This document shows, in pieces, positions 39,301-51,499 of a stretch of DNA of 64,000 bases (position 1 is its first letter; every line of letters begins with the position of its first letter). This stretch comes from Eledone cirrhosa (lineage: Eukaryota). The notes beneath the pieces were generated by a model. It was not told the origin of the DNA. It did no database searches and saw only the letters and a list, made by a program, of their open reading frames with translations. Where the stretch lies: the NCBI GenBank assembly GCA_964016885.1, contig OZ024744.1:129332001-129396000 (forward strand). The letters run 5' to 3'. Both the position numbers and the translations under genes were made by a program.

Positions 39301-42300
39301 GGTTAAGTTAAGTTGGTGTTAAGTTAAGTTGGGGTTAAGTTAAGTTGGGGTTAATTAAGTTGGGGTTAAGTTAAGTTGGGGTTAAGTTAATTGGGGTTAA
39401 ATTAAGTTAGGGTTGAGTTAAGTTGGGGTTAAGTTAAGGTGGGGTTAAGTTAAGTTGGGGTCAACTTAAGTTGGGGTTAAGTTAAGTTGGGGTTAAGTTA
39501 AGTTGGGGTTAAGTTAAGTTGGGGTTAAGTTAAGTTGGGGTTACGTTAAGTTGGGGGTAAGTTAAGTTGGTGGTAAGTTAAGATGGGGTTAAGTTAAGTT
39601 GGGGTTAATTTAATTTGGGGTTAAGTTAAGTTAGGGTTAAGTTAAGTTGGGGTTATGTTAAGTTGGGGTTAAGTTAAGTTGGGGTTAAGTTAAGTTGGGG
39701 TTCAATTAAGTTGGGGTTAAGTTAAGTTGGGGGTAAGATAAGTTGGGGTTAGTTAAGTTGGGGTTAAGTTAAGTTGGGGTTAAGTTAAGTTGGGGTTAAG
39801 TTAAGTTGGGGTTAAGTTAAGTTGGGGTTAAGTTAAGTTGGTGTTAAATTAAGTTGGGGTTAAGTTAAGTTGGTGTTAAGTTAAGTTGGGGTTAAGTTAA
39901 GTTGGGGTTAATTAAGTTGGGGTTAAGTTAAGTTGGGGTTAAGTTAATTGGGGTTAAATTAAGTTAGGGTTGAGTTAAGTTGGGGTTAAGTTAAGGTGAG
40001 GTTAAGTTAAGTTGGGGTCAACTTAAGTTGGGGTTAAGTTAAGTTGGGGTTAAGTTAAGTTGGGGGTAAGATAAGTTGGGGTTAGTTAAGTTGGGGTTAA
40101 GTTAAGTTGGGGTTAAGTTAAGTTGGGGTTAAGTTACGTTGGGGTTAAGTTAAGTTGGGGTTAAGTTAAGTTGGGGTTAATTTAAGTTGGGGTTAATTTA
40201 AGTTGGGGTTAAGTTAAGTTGGGGTTAAGTTAAGTTGGGGTAAAGTTAAGTTGGGGGTAAGTTAAGTTGGGGTTAAGTTAAGTTGGGGTTAAGTTGGGGT
40301 TAAGTTAAGTTAGGGTTAACTTAAGTTGGGGTTGTGTTAAGTGGTGGTTATGTTAAGTGGTGGTTATGTTAAGTTGGGGTTAAGTTGAATTGGGGTTAAG
40401 TTAGGTTGCGGTTAAGTTAAGTTGGGGTTAAGTTAAGTTGGGGTTAAGTTAATTAGGGTTAAGTTAAGTTGGGGTTAAGTTAAGTTGGGGTTAAGTTAAT
40501 TTGTTGTTAAGTTAAGTTGGGGTTAAGTTAAGTTGGGGTTAAGTTAAGTTGGGGATAAGTTAAGTTGGGGATAAGTTAAGTTGGGGTTAATTAAGTTGGG
40601 TTTAAGTTAAGTTGGGGTTAAGTTAAGTTGGGGTTAAGTTAAGTTGGGGTTAAGTTAAGTTGGTTAGTTAAGTTGAGTTTAAGTTAAGTTGGGGTTAATT
40701 TAAGTTGGGGTTAAGTTAAGTTGGGGTTAATTTAAGTTGGGATTAAGTTAAGTTGGGGTTAAGTTAAGTTGGGGTTCAGTTAAGTTGGGGTTAAGTTAAG
40801 TTGGGGTTAAGTTGGGGTAAAATTAAGTTGGGGTTAAGTTAAGTTGGGGTTAAGTTAAGTTGGGGTTAAGTTAAGTTGCGGTTAAGTTAAGTTGAGGTTA
40901 AGTTAAGTTGGAGTTAAGTTAAGTTGGGGTTAAGTTAAGTTGGGGCTAAGTTAAGTTGGGGCTAAGTTAAGTTGGGGCTAAGTTAAGTTGGGGTTAAGTT
41001 AACTTTGGGTTAAGTTAAGTTGGGTTTGAGTTAAGTTGGGGTTAATTAAGTTGGGGTTAAGTTAAGTTGGGGTTAATTTAAGTTGGGGTTACATTAAGTT
41101 GAGGTTAAGTTAAGTTGGGGTTAAGTTAAGTTGGGTTTAAGTTAAGTTGGGGCTAAGTTAAGTTAGGGCTAAGTTAAGTTGGGGCTGAGTTAAGTTGGGG
41201 TTAAGTTAAGTTGGGGTTGAGTTAAGTTGGGGTTAAGTTAAGTTGGGGTTAAGTTAAGTTGGGGTTAAGTTAAGTTGGGGCTGAGTTAAGTTGGGATTAC
41301 GTTAAGTTCGGGTTAAGTTAAGTTGGTGTTAAGTTAAGTTGGGGCTGAGTTAAGTTGGGGCTAAGTTAAGTTGGGTCTAAGTTAAGTTGGGGTTAAGTTA
41401 AGTTGGGGTTAAGTTAAGTTGGTGTTAAATTAAGTTGGGGTTAAGTTAAGTTGGTGTTAAGTTAAGTTGGGGTTAAGTTAAGTTGGGGTTAATTAAGATG
41501 GGGTTAAGTTAAGTTGGGGTTAAGTTAATTGGGGTTAAATTAAGTTAGGGTTGAGTTAACTTGGGGTTAAGTTAAGGTGGGGTTAAGTTAAGTTGGGGTC
41601 AACTTAAGTTGGGGTTAAGTTAAGTTGGGGTTAAGTTAAGTTGGGGTTAAGTTAAGTTGGGGTTAAGTTAAGTTGGGGTTACGTTAAGTTGGGGGTAAGT
41701 TAAGTTGGTGGTAAGTTAAGATGGGGTTAAGTTAAGTTGGGGTTAATTTAATTTGGGGTTAAGTTAAGTTAGGGTTAAGTTAAGTTGGGGTTATGTTAAG
41801 TTGGGGTTAAGTTAAGTTGGGGTTAAGTTAAGTTGGGGTTCAATTAAGTTGGGGTTAAGTTAAGTTGGGGGTAAGATAAGTTGGGGTTAGTTAAGTTGGG
41901 GTTAAATTAAGTTGGGGTTAAGTTAAGTTGGGGTTAAGTTAAGTTGGGGTTAAGTTAAGTTGGGGTTAAGTTAAGTTGGGGTTAAGTTAAGTTGGGGTTA
42001 AGTTAAGTTGGTGTTAAATTAAGTTGGGGTTAAGTTAAGTTGGTGTTAAGTTAAGTTGGGGTTAAGTTAAGTTGGGGTTAATTAAGTTGGGGTTAAGTTA
42101 AGTTGGGGTTAAGTTAATTGGGGTTAAATTAAGTTGGGGTTGAGTTAAGTTGGGGTTAAGTTAAGGTGGGGTTAAGTTAAGTTGGGGTCAACTTAAGTTG
42201 GGGTTAAGTTAAGTTGGGGTTAAGTTAAGTTGGGGGTAAGATAAGTTGGGGTTAGTTAAGTTGGGGTTAAGTTAAGTTGGGGTTAAGTTAAGTTGGGGTT

Positions 42301-43840
42301 AAGTTAAGTTGGGGTTAAGTTAAGTTGGGGTTAAGTTGGGGTGAATTTAAGTTGGGGTTAATTTAAGTTGGGGTTAAGTTAAGTTGGGGTTAAGTTAAGT
42401 TGGGGTAAAGTTAAGTTGGGGGTAAGTTAAGTTGGGGTTAAGTTAAGTTGGGGTTAAGTTGGGGTTAAGTTAAGTTAGGGTTAACTTAAGTTGGGGTTGT
42501 GTTAAGTGGTGGTTATGTTAAGTGGTGGTTATGTTAAGTTGGGGTTAAGTTAAATTGGGGTTAAGTTAGGTTGCGGTTAAGTTAAGTTGGGGTTAAGTTA
42601 AGTTGGGGTTAAGTTAATTAGGGTTAAGTTAAGTTGGGGTTAAGTTAAGTTGGGGTTAAGTTAATTTGTTGTTAAGTTAAGTTGGGGTTAAGTTAAGTTG
42701 GGGTTAAGTTAAGTTGGGGTTAAGTTAAGTTGGGGTTAAGTTAAGTTGGGGTTAAGTTAAGTTGCGGTTAAGTTAAGTTGATGTTAAGTTAAGTTGGGGT
42801 TAAGTTAAGTTGGGGTTAAGTTAAGTTGGGGCTAAGTTAAGTTGGGGCTAAGTTAAGTTGGGGCTAAGTTAAGTTGGGGTTAAGTTAAGGTGGGGTTAAG
42901 TTAAGTTGGGGTCAACTTAAGTTGGGGTTAAGTTATGTTGGGGTTAAGTTAAGTTGGGGTTAAGTTAAGTTGGGGTTACATTAAGTTGGGGGTAAGTTAA
43001 GTTGGTGGTAAGTTAAGTTGGGGGTAAGTTAAGTTGGGGTTAAGTTAGGTTGGTGTTAATTTAAGTTGGGGGTAAGTTAAGTTGGGGGTAAGTTAAGTTG
43101 GTGTTAAGTTAAGTTGGGGTTAAGTTAAGTTGGGGTTAAGTTAAGTTGGGGTTAAGTTAAGTTGGGGCTGAGTTAAGTTGGGATTACGTTAAGTTCGGGT
43201 TAAGTTAAGTTGGTGTTAAGTTAAGTTGGGGCTGAGTTAAGTTGGGGCTAAGTTAAGTTGGGTCTAAGTTAAGTTGGGGTTAAGTTAAGTTGGGGTTAAG
43301 TTAAGTTGGTGTTAAATTAAGTTGGGGTTAAGTTAAGTTGGTGTTAAGTTAAGTTGGGGTTAAGTTAAGTTGGGGTTAATTAAGATGGGGTTAAGTTAAG
43401 TTGGGGTTAAGTTAATTGGGGTTAAATTAAGTTAGGGTTGAGTTAACTTGGGGTTAAGTTAAGGTGGGGTTAAGTTAAGTTGGGGTCAACTTAAGTTGGG
43501 GTTAAGTTAAGTTGGGGTTAAGTTAAGTTGGGGTTAAGTTAAGTTGGGGTTAAGTTAAGTTGGGGTTACGTTAAGTTGGGGGTAAGTTAAGTTGGTGGTA
43601 AGTTAAGATGGGGTTAAGTTAAGTTGGGGTTAATTTAATTTGGGGTTAAGTTAAGTTAGGGTTAAGTTAAGTTGGGGTTATGTTAAGTTGGGGTTAAGTT
43701 AAGTTGGGGTTAAGTTAAGTTGGGGTTCAATTAAGTTGGGGTTAAGTTAAGTTGGGGGTAAGATAAGTTGGGGTTAGTTAAGTTGGGGTTAAGTTAAGTT
43801 GGGGTTAAGTTAAGTTGGGGTTAAGTTAAGTTGGGGTTAA
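27390..43840 (+). repeat. Tandem duplication of about 8.2 kb (about 27390-35605 and 35606-43840)
   Basis: Offsets are 8215-8231: TTACG 27571/35786 and 31914/40134, TCGA 28873/37088, TTAAGGTGAG 31771/39991, TGAATTT 34111/42342, GGGTCTAAG 31015/39235, 33153/41373 and 35029/43260. Confidence 0.88.
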
Positions 43841-45859
43841 GTTAAGTTGGGGTTAAGTTAAGTTGGGGTTAAGTTAAGTTGGGGTTAAGTTAAGTTGGTG
43901 TTAAATTAAGTTGGGGTTAAGTTAAGTTGGTGTTAAGTTAAGTTGGGGTTAAGTTAAGTTGGGGTTAATTAAGTTGGGGTTAAGTTAAGTTGGGGTTAAG
44001 TTAATTGGGGTTAAATTAAGTTAGGGTTGAGTTAAGTTGGGGTTAAGTTAAGGTGGGGTTAAGTTAAGTTGGGGTCAACTTAAGTTGGGGTTAAGTTAAG
44101 TTGGGGTTAAGTTAAGTTGGGGGTAAGATAAGTTGGGGTTAGTTAAGTTGGGGTTAAGTTAAGTTGGGGTTAAGTTAAGTTGGGGTTAAGTTAAGTTGGG
44201 GTTAAGTTAAGTTGGGGTTAAGTTAAGTTGGGGTTAATTTAAGTTGGGGTTAATTTAAGTTGGGGTTAAGTTAAGTTGGGGTTAAGTTAAGTTGGGGTAA
44301 AGTTAAGTTGGGGGTAAGTTAAGTTGGGGTTAAGTTAAGTTGGGGTTAAGTTGGGGTTAAGTTAAGTTAGGGTTAACTTAAGTTGGGGTTGTGTTAAGTG
44401 GTGGTTATGTTAAGTGGTGGTTATGTTAAGTTGGGGTTAAGTTAAATTGGGGTTAAGTTAGGTTGCGGTTAAGTTAAGTTGGGGTTAAGTTAAGTTGGGG
44501 TTAAGTTAATTAGGGTTAAGTTAAGTTGGGGTTAAGTTAAGTTGGGGTTAAGTTAATTTGTTGTTAAGTTAAGTTGGGGTTAAGTTAAGTTGGGGTTAAG
44601 TTAAGTTGGGGATAAGTTAAGTTGGGGATAAGTTAAGTTGGGGTTAATTAAGTTGGGTTTAAGTTAAGTTGGGGTTAAGTTAAGTTGGGGTTAAGTTAAG
44701 TTGGGGTTAAGTTAAGTTGGTTAGTTAAGTTGAGTTTAAGTTAAGTTGGGGTTAATTTAAATTGGGGTTAAGTTAAGTTGGGGTTAATTTAAGTTGGGGT
44801 TAAGTTAAGTTGGGGTTAAGTTAAGTTGGGGTTCAGTTAAGTTGGGGTTAAGTTAAGTTGGGGTTAAGTTGGGGTAAAATTAAGTTGGGGTTAAGTTAAG
44901 TTGGGGTTAAGTTAAGTTGGGGTTAAGTTAAGTTGCGGTTAAGTTAAGTTGAGGTTAAGTTAAGTTGGAGTTAAGTTAAGTTGGGGTTAAGTTAAGTTGG
45001 GGTTAAGTTAAGTTGGGGATAAGTTAAGTTGAGGATAAGTTAAATTGGGGTTAATTAAGTTGGCTTTAAGTTAAGTTGGGGTTAAGTTAAGTTGGGGTTA
45101 AGTTAAGTTGGTTAGTTAAGTTGAGTTTAAGTTAAGTTGGGGTTAATTTAAGTTGGGGTTAAGTTAAGTTGGGGTTAAGTTAAGTTGGGGTTAAGTTAAG
45201 TTGGGGTTCAGTTAAGTTGGGGTTAAGTTGGGGTAAAATTAAGTTGGGGTTAAGTTAAGTTGCGGTTAAGTTAAGTTGAGGTTAAGTTAAGTTGGGGTTA
45301 AGTTAAGTTGGGGTTAAGTTAAGTTGGGGCTAAGTTAAGTTGGAGCTAAGTTAAGGTGGGGTTAAGTTAAGTTGGGGTCAACTTAAGTTGGGGTTAATTT
45401 AAGTTGGGGTTAACTTAAGTTGGGGTTAAGCTAAGTTGGGGTTAAGTTAAGTTGGGGTTAAGTTAAGTTGGGGTTACGTTAAGTTGGGGGTAAGTTAAGT
45501 TGGTGGTAAGTTAAGTTGGGGGTAAGTTAAGATGGGGTTAAGTTAAGTTGGGGTTAATTTAATTTGGGGTTAAGTTAAGTTAGGGTTAAGTTAAGTTGGG
45601 GTTGAGTTAAGTTGGGGTTAAGTTAAGTTGGGGTTATGTTAAGTTGGGGTTAAGTTAAGTTGGGGTTAAGTTAAGTTGGGGTTCAATTAAGTTGCGGTTA
45701 ATTTAAGTTGGGGTTAAGTTAAGTTGGGGTTAAGTTAAGTTGGGGTTAAGTTAAGTTGGGGTTAAATTAAGTTGGGGTTAAATTAAGTTGGGGTTAAGTT
45801 AAGTTGGGGTTATGTTAAGTTGGTGTTAAGTTAAGTTGGGGTTAAGTTAAGTTGGGGTT

Positions 45860-48230
45860 AAGTTAGGTTGGTGTTAATTTAAGTTGGGGGTAAGTTAAGT
45901 TGGGGGTAAGTTAAGTTGGTGTTAAGTTAAGTTGGGGTTAAGTTAAGTTGGGGTTAAGTTAAGTTGGGGTTAATTTAGGGTCGAGTTAAGTTGGGGTTAA
46001 GTTAAGTTGGGGTTAAGTTAAGTTGGGGTTGAGTTAAGCTGGGGTTAAGTTAAGTTGGGGTTAAAATAAGTTGGGGTTAAGTTAAGTTGGGGTTAATTTA
46101 ATTTGTGGTTAAGTTAAGTTGGGGTTAAGTTAAGTTGGGGTTGAGTTAAGCTGGGGTTAAGTTAAGTTGAGGTTAAAGTTAAGTAGGGGTTAAATTATGT
46201 TGGGGTTAAGTTAAGTTGGGGTTAAGTTAAGTTGGGGTTAAGTTAAGTTGGGGATAAGTTAAGTTGGGGATAAGTTAAGTTGGGGTTAATTAAGTTGGGT
46301 TTAAGTTAAGTTGGGGTTAAGTTAAGTTGGGGTTAAGTTAAGTTGGGGTTAAGTTAAGTTGGTTAGTTAAGTTGAGTTTAAGTTAAGTTGGGCTTAATTT
46401 AAGTTGGGGTTAAGTTAAGTTGGGGTTAAGTTAAGTTGGGGTTAAGTTAAGTTGGGGTTAAGTTAAGTTGGGGTTCAGTCAAGTTGGGGTTAAGTTAAGT
46501 TGGGGTTAAGTTGGGGTAAAATTAAGTTGGGGTTAAGTTAAGTTGGGGTTAAGTTAAGTTGGGGTTAAGTTAAGTTGGGGTTAAGTTAAGTTGCGGTTAA
46601 GTTAAGTTGAGGTTAAGTTAAGTTGGGGTTAAGTTAGGTTGGGGTTAATTTAAGTTGGGGCTAAGTTAAGTTGGGGTTAAGTTAACTTTGGGTTAAGTTA
46701 AGTTGGGTTTGAGTTAAGTTGGGGTTAATTAAGTTGGGGTTAAGTTAAGTTGGGGTTAAGTTAAGTTGGGGTTAAGTTAAGTTGCGGTTAAGTTAAGTTG
46801 ATGTTAAGTTAAGTTGGGGTTAAGTTAAGTTGGGGTTAAGTTAAGTTGGGGCTAAGTTAAGTTGGGGCTAAGTTAAGTTGGGGCTAAGTTAAGTTGGGGC
46901 TAAGTTAAGTTGGGGTTAAGTTAAGGTGGGGTTAAGTTAAGTTGGGGTCAACTTAAGTTGGGGTTAAGTTATGTTGGGGTTAAGTTAAGTTGGGGTTAAG
47001 TTAAGTTGGGGTTACATTAAGTTGGGGGTAAGTTAAGTTGGTGGTAAGTTAAGTTGGGGGTAAGTTAAGTTGGGGTTAAGTTAGGTTGGTGTTAATTTAA
47101 GTTGGGGGTAAGTTAAGTTGGGGGTAAGTTAAGTTGGTGTTAAGTTAAGTTGGGGTTAAGTTAAGTTGGGGTTAAGTTAAGTTGGGGTTAAGTTAGGGTC
47201 GAGTTAAGTTGGGGTTAAGTTAAGTTGGGGTTAAGTTAAGTTGGGGTTAATTTAATTTGTGGTTAAGTTAAGTTGGGGTTAAGTTAAGTTGGGGTTGAGT
47301 TAAGCTGGGGTTAAGTTAAGTTGAGGTTAAAGTTAAGTAGGGGTTAAATTATGTTGGGGTAAGTTAAGTTGGGGTTAAGTTAAGTTGGGGTTAAGTTAAA
47401 TTGGGGATAAGTTAAGTTGGGGATAAGTTAAGTTGGGGTTAATTAAGTTGGGTTTAAGTTAAGTTGGGGTTAAGTTAAGTTGGGGTTAAGTTAAGTTGGG
47501 GTTAAGTTAAGTTGGTTAGTTAAGTTGAGTTTAAGTTAAGTTGGGCTTAATTTAAGTTGGGGTTAAGTTAAGTTGGGGTTAAGTTAAGTTGGGGTTAAGT
47601 TAAGTTGGGGTTCAGTCAAGTTGGGGTTAAGTTAAGTTGGGGTTAAGTTGGGGTAAAATTAAGTTGGGGTTAAGTTAAGTTGGGGTTAAGTTAAGTTGGG
47701 GTTAAGTTAAGTTGGGGCTAAGTTAAGTTGCGGTTAAGTTAAGTTGAGGTTAAGTTAAGTTGGGGTTAAGTTAAGTTGGCGTTAATTTAAGTTGGGGCTA
47801 AGTTAAGTTGGGGCTAAGTTAAGTTGGGGCTAAGTTAAGTTGGGGTTAAGTTAACTTTGGGTTAAGTTAAGTTGGGTTTGAGTTAAGTTGGGGTTAATTA
47901 AGTTGGGGTTAAGTTAAGTTGGGGTTAAGTTAAGTTGGGGTTAAGTTAAGTTGGGGTTAAGTTAAGTTGCGGTTAAGTTAAGTTGATGTTAAGTTAAGTT
48001 GGGGTTAAGTTAAGTTGGGGTTAAGTTAAGTTGGGGCTAAGTTAAGTTGGGGCTAAGTTAAGTTGGGGCTAAGTTAAGTTGGGGTTAAGTTAAGGTGGGG
48101 TTAAGTTAAGTTGGGGTCAACTTAAGTTGGGGTTAAGTTATGTTGGGGTTAAGTTAAGTTGGGGTTAAGTTAAGTTGGGGTTACATTAAGTTGGGGGTAA
48201 GTTAAGTTGGTGGTAAGTTAAGTTGGGGGT
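45860..48230 (+). repeat. Diverged tandem duplication of about 1.2 kb
   Basis: TCGA occurs at 45981 and 47199 (offset 1218). Each is followed by the same series TTAAAGTTAAGTAGGGG, GGGGATAAG x2, GGTTAG/GAGTTT, TTCAGTCAAG, AACTTTGGG, GATG, TTACATTAAG, with several indels between the copies. Confidence 0.75.
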
Positions 48231-51200
48231 AAGTTAAGATGGGGTTAAGTTAAGTTGGGGTTAATTTAATTTGGGGTTAAGTTAAGTTAGGGTTAAGTTA
48301 AGTTGGGGTTATGTTAAGTTGGGGTTAAGTTAAGTTGGGGTTAAGTTAAGTTGGGGTTCAATTAAGTTGCGGTTAATTTAAGTTGGGTTTAAGTTAAGTT
48401 GGGGTTAAGTTAAGTTGGGGTTATGTTAAGTTGGTGTTAAGTTAAGTTGGGGATAAGTTAAGTTGGGGTTAAGTTAAGTTGGGGTTAAGTTAGGTTGGTG
48501 TTAAGTTAAGTTGGCGGTAAGTTAAGTTGGGGTTAAGTAAAGTTAGGGCTAAGTTAAGTTGGGGTTAAGTTAAGTTGGGGTTAATTTAAGTTGGGGTTAC
48601 ATTAAGTTGAGGTTAAGTTAAGTTGGGGTTAAGTTAAGTTGGGTTTAAGTTAAGTTGGGGCTAAGTTAAGTTAGGGCTAAGTTAAGTTGGGGCTGAGTTA
48701 AGTTGGGGTTAATTTAAGTTGGGTTTAAGTTAAGTTGGGGTTAAGTTAAGTTGGGGTTATGTTAAGTTGGTGTTAAGTTAAGTTGGGGTTAAGTTAAGTT
48801 GGGGTTAAGTTAAGTTGGGGTTAAGTTAGGTTGGTGTTAAGTTAAGTTGGCGGTAAGTTAAGTTGGGGGTAAGTTAAGTTGGTGTTAAGTTATGTTGGGG
48901 TTAAGTTAAGTTGGGGTTAAGTTAAGTTGGGTTTAAGTTAAGTTGGGGCTAAGTTAAGTTAGGGCTAAGTTAAGTTGGGGTTAAGTAAAGTTAGGGCTAA
49001 GTTAAGTTGGGGTTAAGTTAAGTTGGGGTTAATTTAAGTTGGGGTTACATTAAGTTGAGGTTAAGTTAAGTTGGGGTTAAGTTAAGTTGGGTTTAAGTTA
49101 AGTTGGGGCTAAGTTAAGTTAAGGCTAAGTTAAGTTGGGGCTGAGTTAAGTTGGGGTTAAGTTAAGTTGGGGTTGAGTTAAGTTGGGGTTAAGTTAAGTT
49201 GGGGTTAAGTTAAGTTGGGGTTAAGTTAAGTTGGGGCTGAGTTAAGTTGGGATTACGTTAAGTTGGGGTTAAGGTAAGTTGGGGTTAAGTTAAGTTCGGG
49301 TTAAGTTAAGTTGGTGTTAAGTTAAGTTGGGGCTGAGTTAAGTTGGGGCTAAGTTAAGTTGGGTCTAAGTTAAGTTGGGGTTAAGTTAAGTTGGGGTTAA
49401 GTTAAGTTGGTGTTAAATTAAGTTGGGGTTAAGTTAAGTTGGTGTTAAGTTAAGTTGGGGTTAAGTTAAGTTGGGGTTAATTAAGTTGGGGTTAAGTTAA
49501 GTTGGGGTTAAGTTAATTGGGGTTAAATTAAGTTAGGGTTGAGTTAAGTTGGGGTTAAGTTAAGGTGGGGTTAAGTTAAGTTGGGGTCAACTTAAGTTGG
49601 GGTTAAGTTAAGGTGGGGTTAAGTTAAGTTGGGGTCAACTTAAGTTGGGGTTAAGTTAAGTTGGGGTTAAGTTAAGTTGGGGTTAAGTTAAGTTGGGGTT
49701 AAGTTAAGTTGGGGTTACGTTAAGTTGGGGGTAAGTTAAGTTGGTGGTAAGTTAAGATGGGGTTAAGTTAAGTTGGGGTTAATTTAATTTGGGGTTAAGT
49801 TAAGTTAGGGTTAAGTTAAGTTGGGGTTATGTTAAGTTGGGGTTAAGTTAAGTTGGGGTTAAGTTAAGTTGGGGTTCAATTAAGTTGGGGTTAAGTTAAG
49901 TTGGGGGTAAGATAAGTTGGGGTTAGTTAAGTTGGGGTTAAGTTAAGTTGGGGTTAAGTTAAGTTGGGGTTAAGTTAAGTTGGGGTTAAGTTAAGTTGGG
50001 GTTAAGTTAAGTTGGGGTTAAGTTAAGTTGGTGTTAAATTAAGTTGGGGTTAAGTTAAGTTGGTGTTAAGTTAAGTTGGGGTTAAGTTAAGTTGGGGTTA
50101 ATTAAGTTGGGGTTAAGTTAAGTTGGGGTTAAGTTAATTGGGGTTAAATTAAGTTAGGGTTGAGTTAAGTTGGGGTTAAGTTAAGGTGGGGTTAAGTTAA
50201 GTTGGGGTCAACTTAAGTTGGGGTTAAGTTAAGTTGGGGTTAAGTTAAGTTGGGGGTAAGATAAGTTGGGGTTAGTTAAGTTGGGGTTAAGTTAAGTTGG
50301 GGTTAAGTTAAGTTGGGGTTAAGTTACGTTGGGGTTAAGTTAAGTTGGGGTTAAGTTAAGTTGGGGTTAATTTAAGTTGGGGTTAATTTAAGTTGGGGTT
50401 AAGTTAAGTTGGGGTTAAGTTAAGTTGGGGTAAAGTTAAGTTGGGGGTAAGTTAAGTTGGGGTTAAGTTAAGTTGGGGTTAAGTTGGGGTTAAGTTAAGT
50501 TAGGGTTAACTTAAGTTGGGGTTGTGTTAAGTGGTGGTTATGTTAAGTGGTGGTTATGTTAAGTTGGGGTTAAGTTAAATTGGGGTTAAGTTAGGTTGCG
50601 GTTAAGTTAAGTTGGGGTTAAGTTAAGTTGGGGTTAAGTTAATTAGGGTTAAGTTAAGTTGGGGTTAAGTTAAGTTGGGGTTAAGTTAATTTGTTGTTAA
50701 GTTAAGTTGGGGTTAAGTTAAGTTGGGGTTAAGTTAAGTTGGGGATAAGTTAAGTTGGGGATAAGTTAAGTTGGGGTTAATTAAGTTGGGTTTAAGTTAA
50801 GTTGGGGTTAAGTTAAGTTGGGGTTAAGTTAAGTTGGGGTTAAGTTAAGTTGGTTAGTTAAGTTGAGTTTAAGTTAAGTTGGGGTTAATTTAAGTTGGGG
50901 TTAAGTTAAGTTGGGGTTAATTTAAGTTGGGATTAAGTTAAGTTGGGGTTAAGTTAAGTTGGGGTTCAGTTAAGTTGGGGTTAAGTTAAGTTGGGGTTAA
51001 GTTGGGGTAAAATTAAGTTGGGGTTAAGTTAAGTTGGGGTTAAGTTAAGTTGGGGTTAAGTTAAGTTGCGGTTAAGTTAAGTTGAGGTTAAGTTAAGTTG
51101 GAGTTAAGTTAAGTTGGGGTTAAGTTAAGTTGGGGCTAAGTTAAGTTGGGGCTAAGTTAAGTTGGGGCTAAGTTAAGTTGGGGTTAAGTTAACTTTGGGT

Positions 51201-51499
51201 TAAGTTAAGTTGGGTTTGAGTTAAGTTGGGGTTAATTAAGTTGGGGTTAAGTTAAGTTGGGGTTAATTTAAGTTGGGGTTACATTAAGTTGAGGTTAAGT
51301 TAAGTTGGGGTTAAGTTAAGTTGGGTTTAAGTTAAGTTGGGGCTAAGTTAAGTTAGGGCTAAGTTAAGTTGGGGCTGAGTTAAGTTGGGGTTAAGTTAAG
51401 TTGGGGTTGAGTTAAGTTGGGGTTAAGTTAAGTTGGGGTTAAGTTAAGTTGGGGTTAAGTTAAGTTGGGGCTGAGTTAAGTTGGGATTACGTTAAGTTC

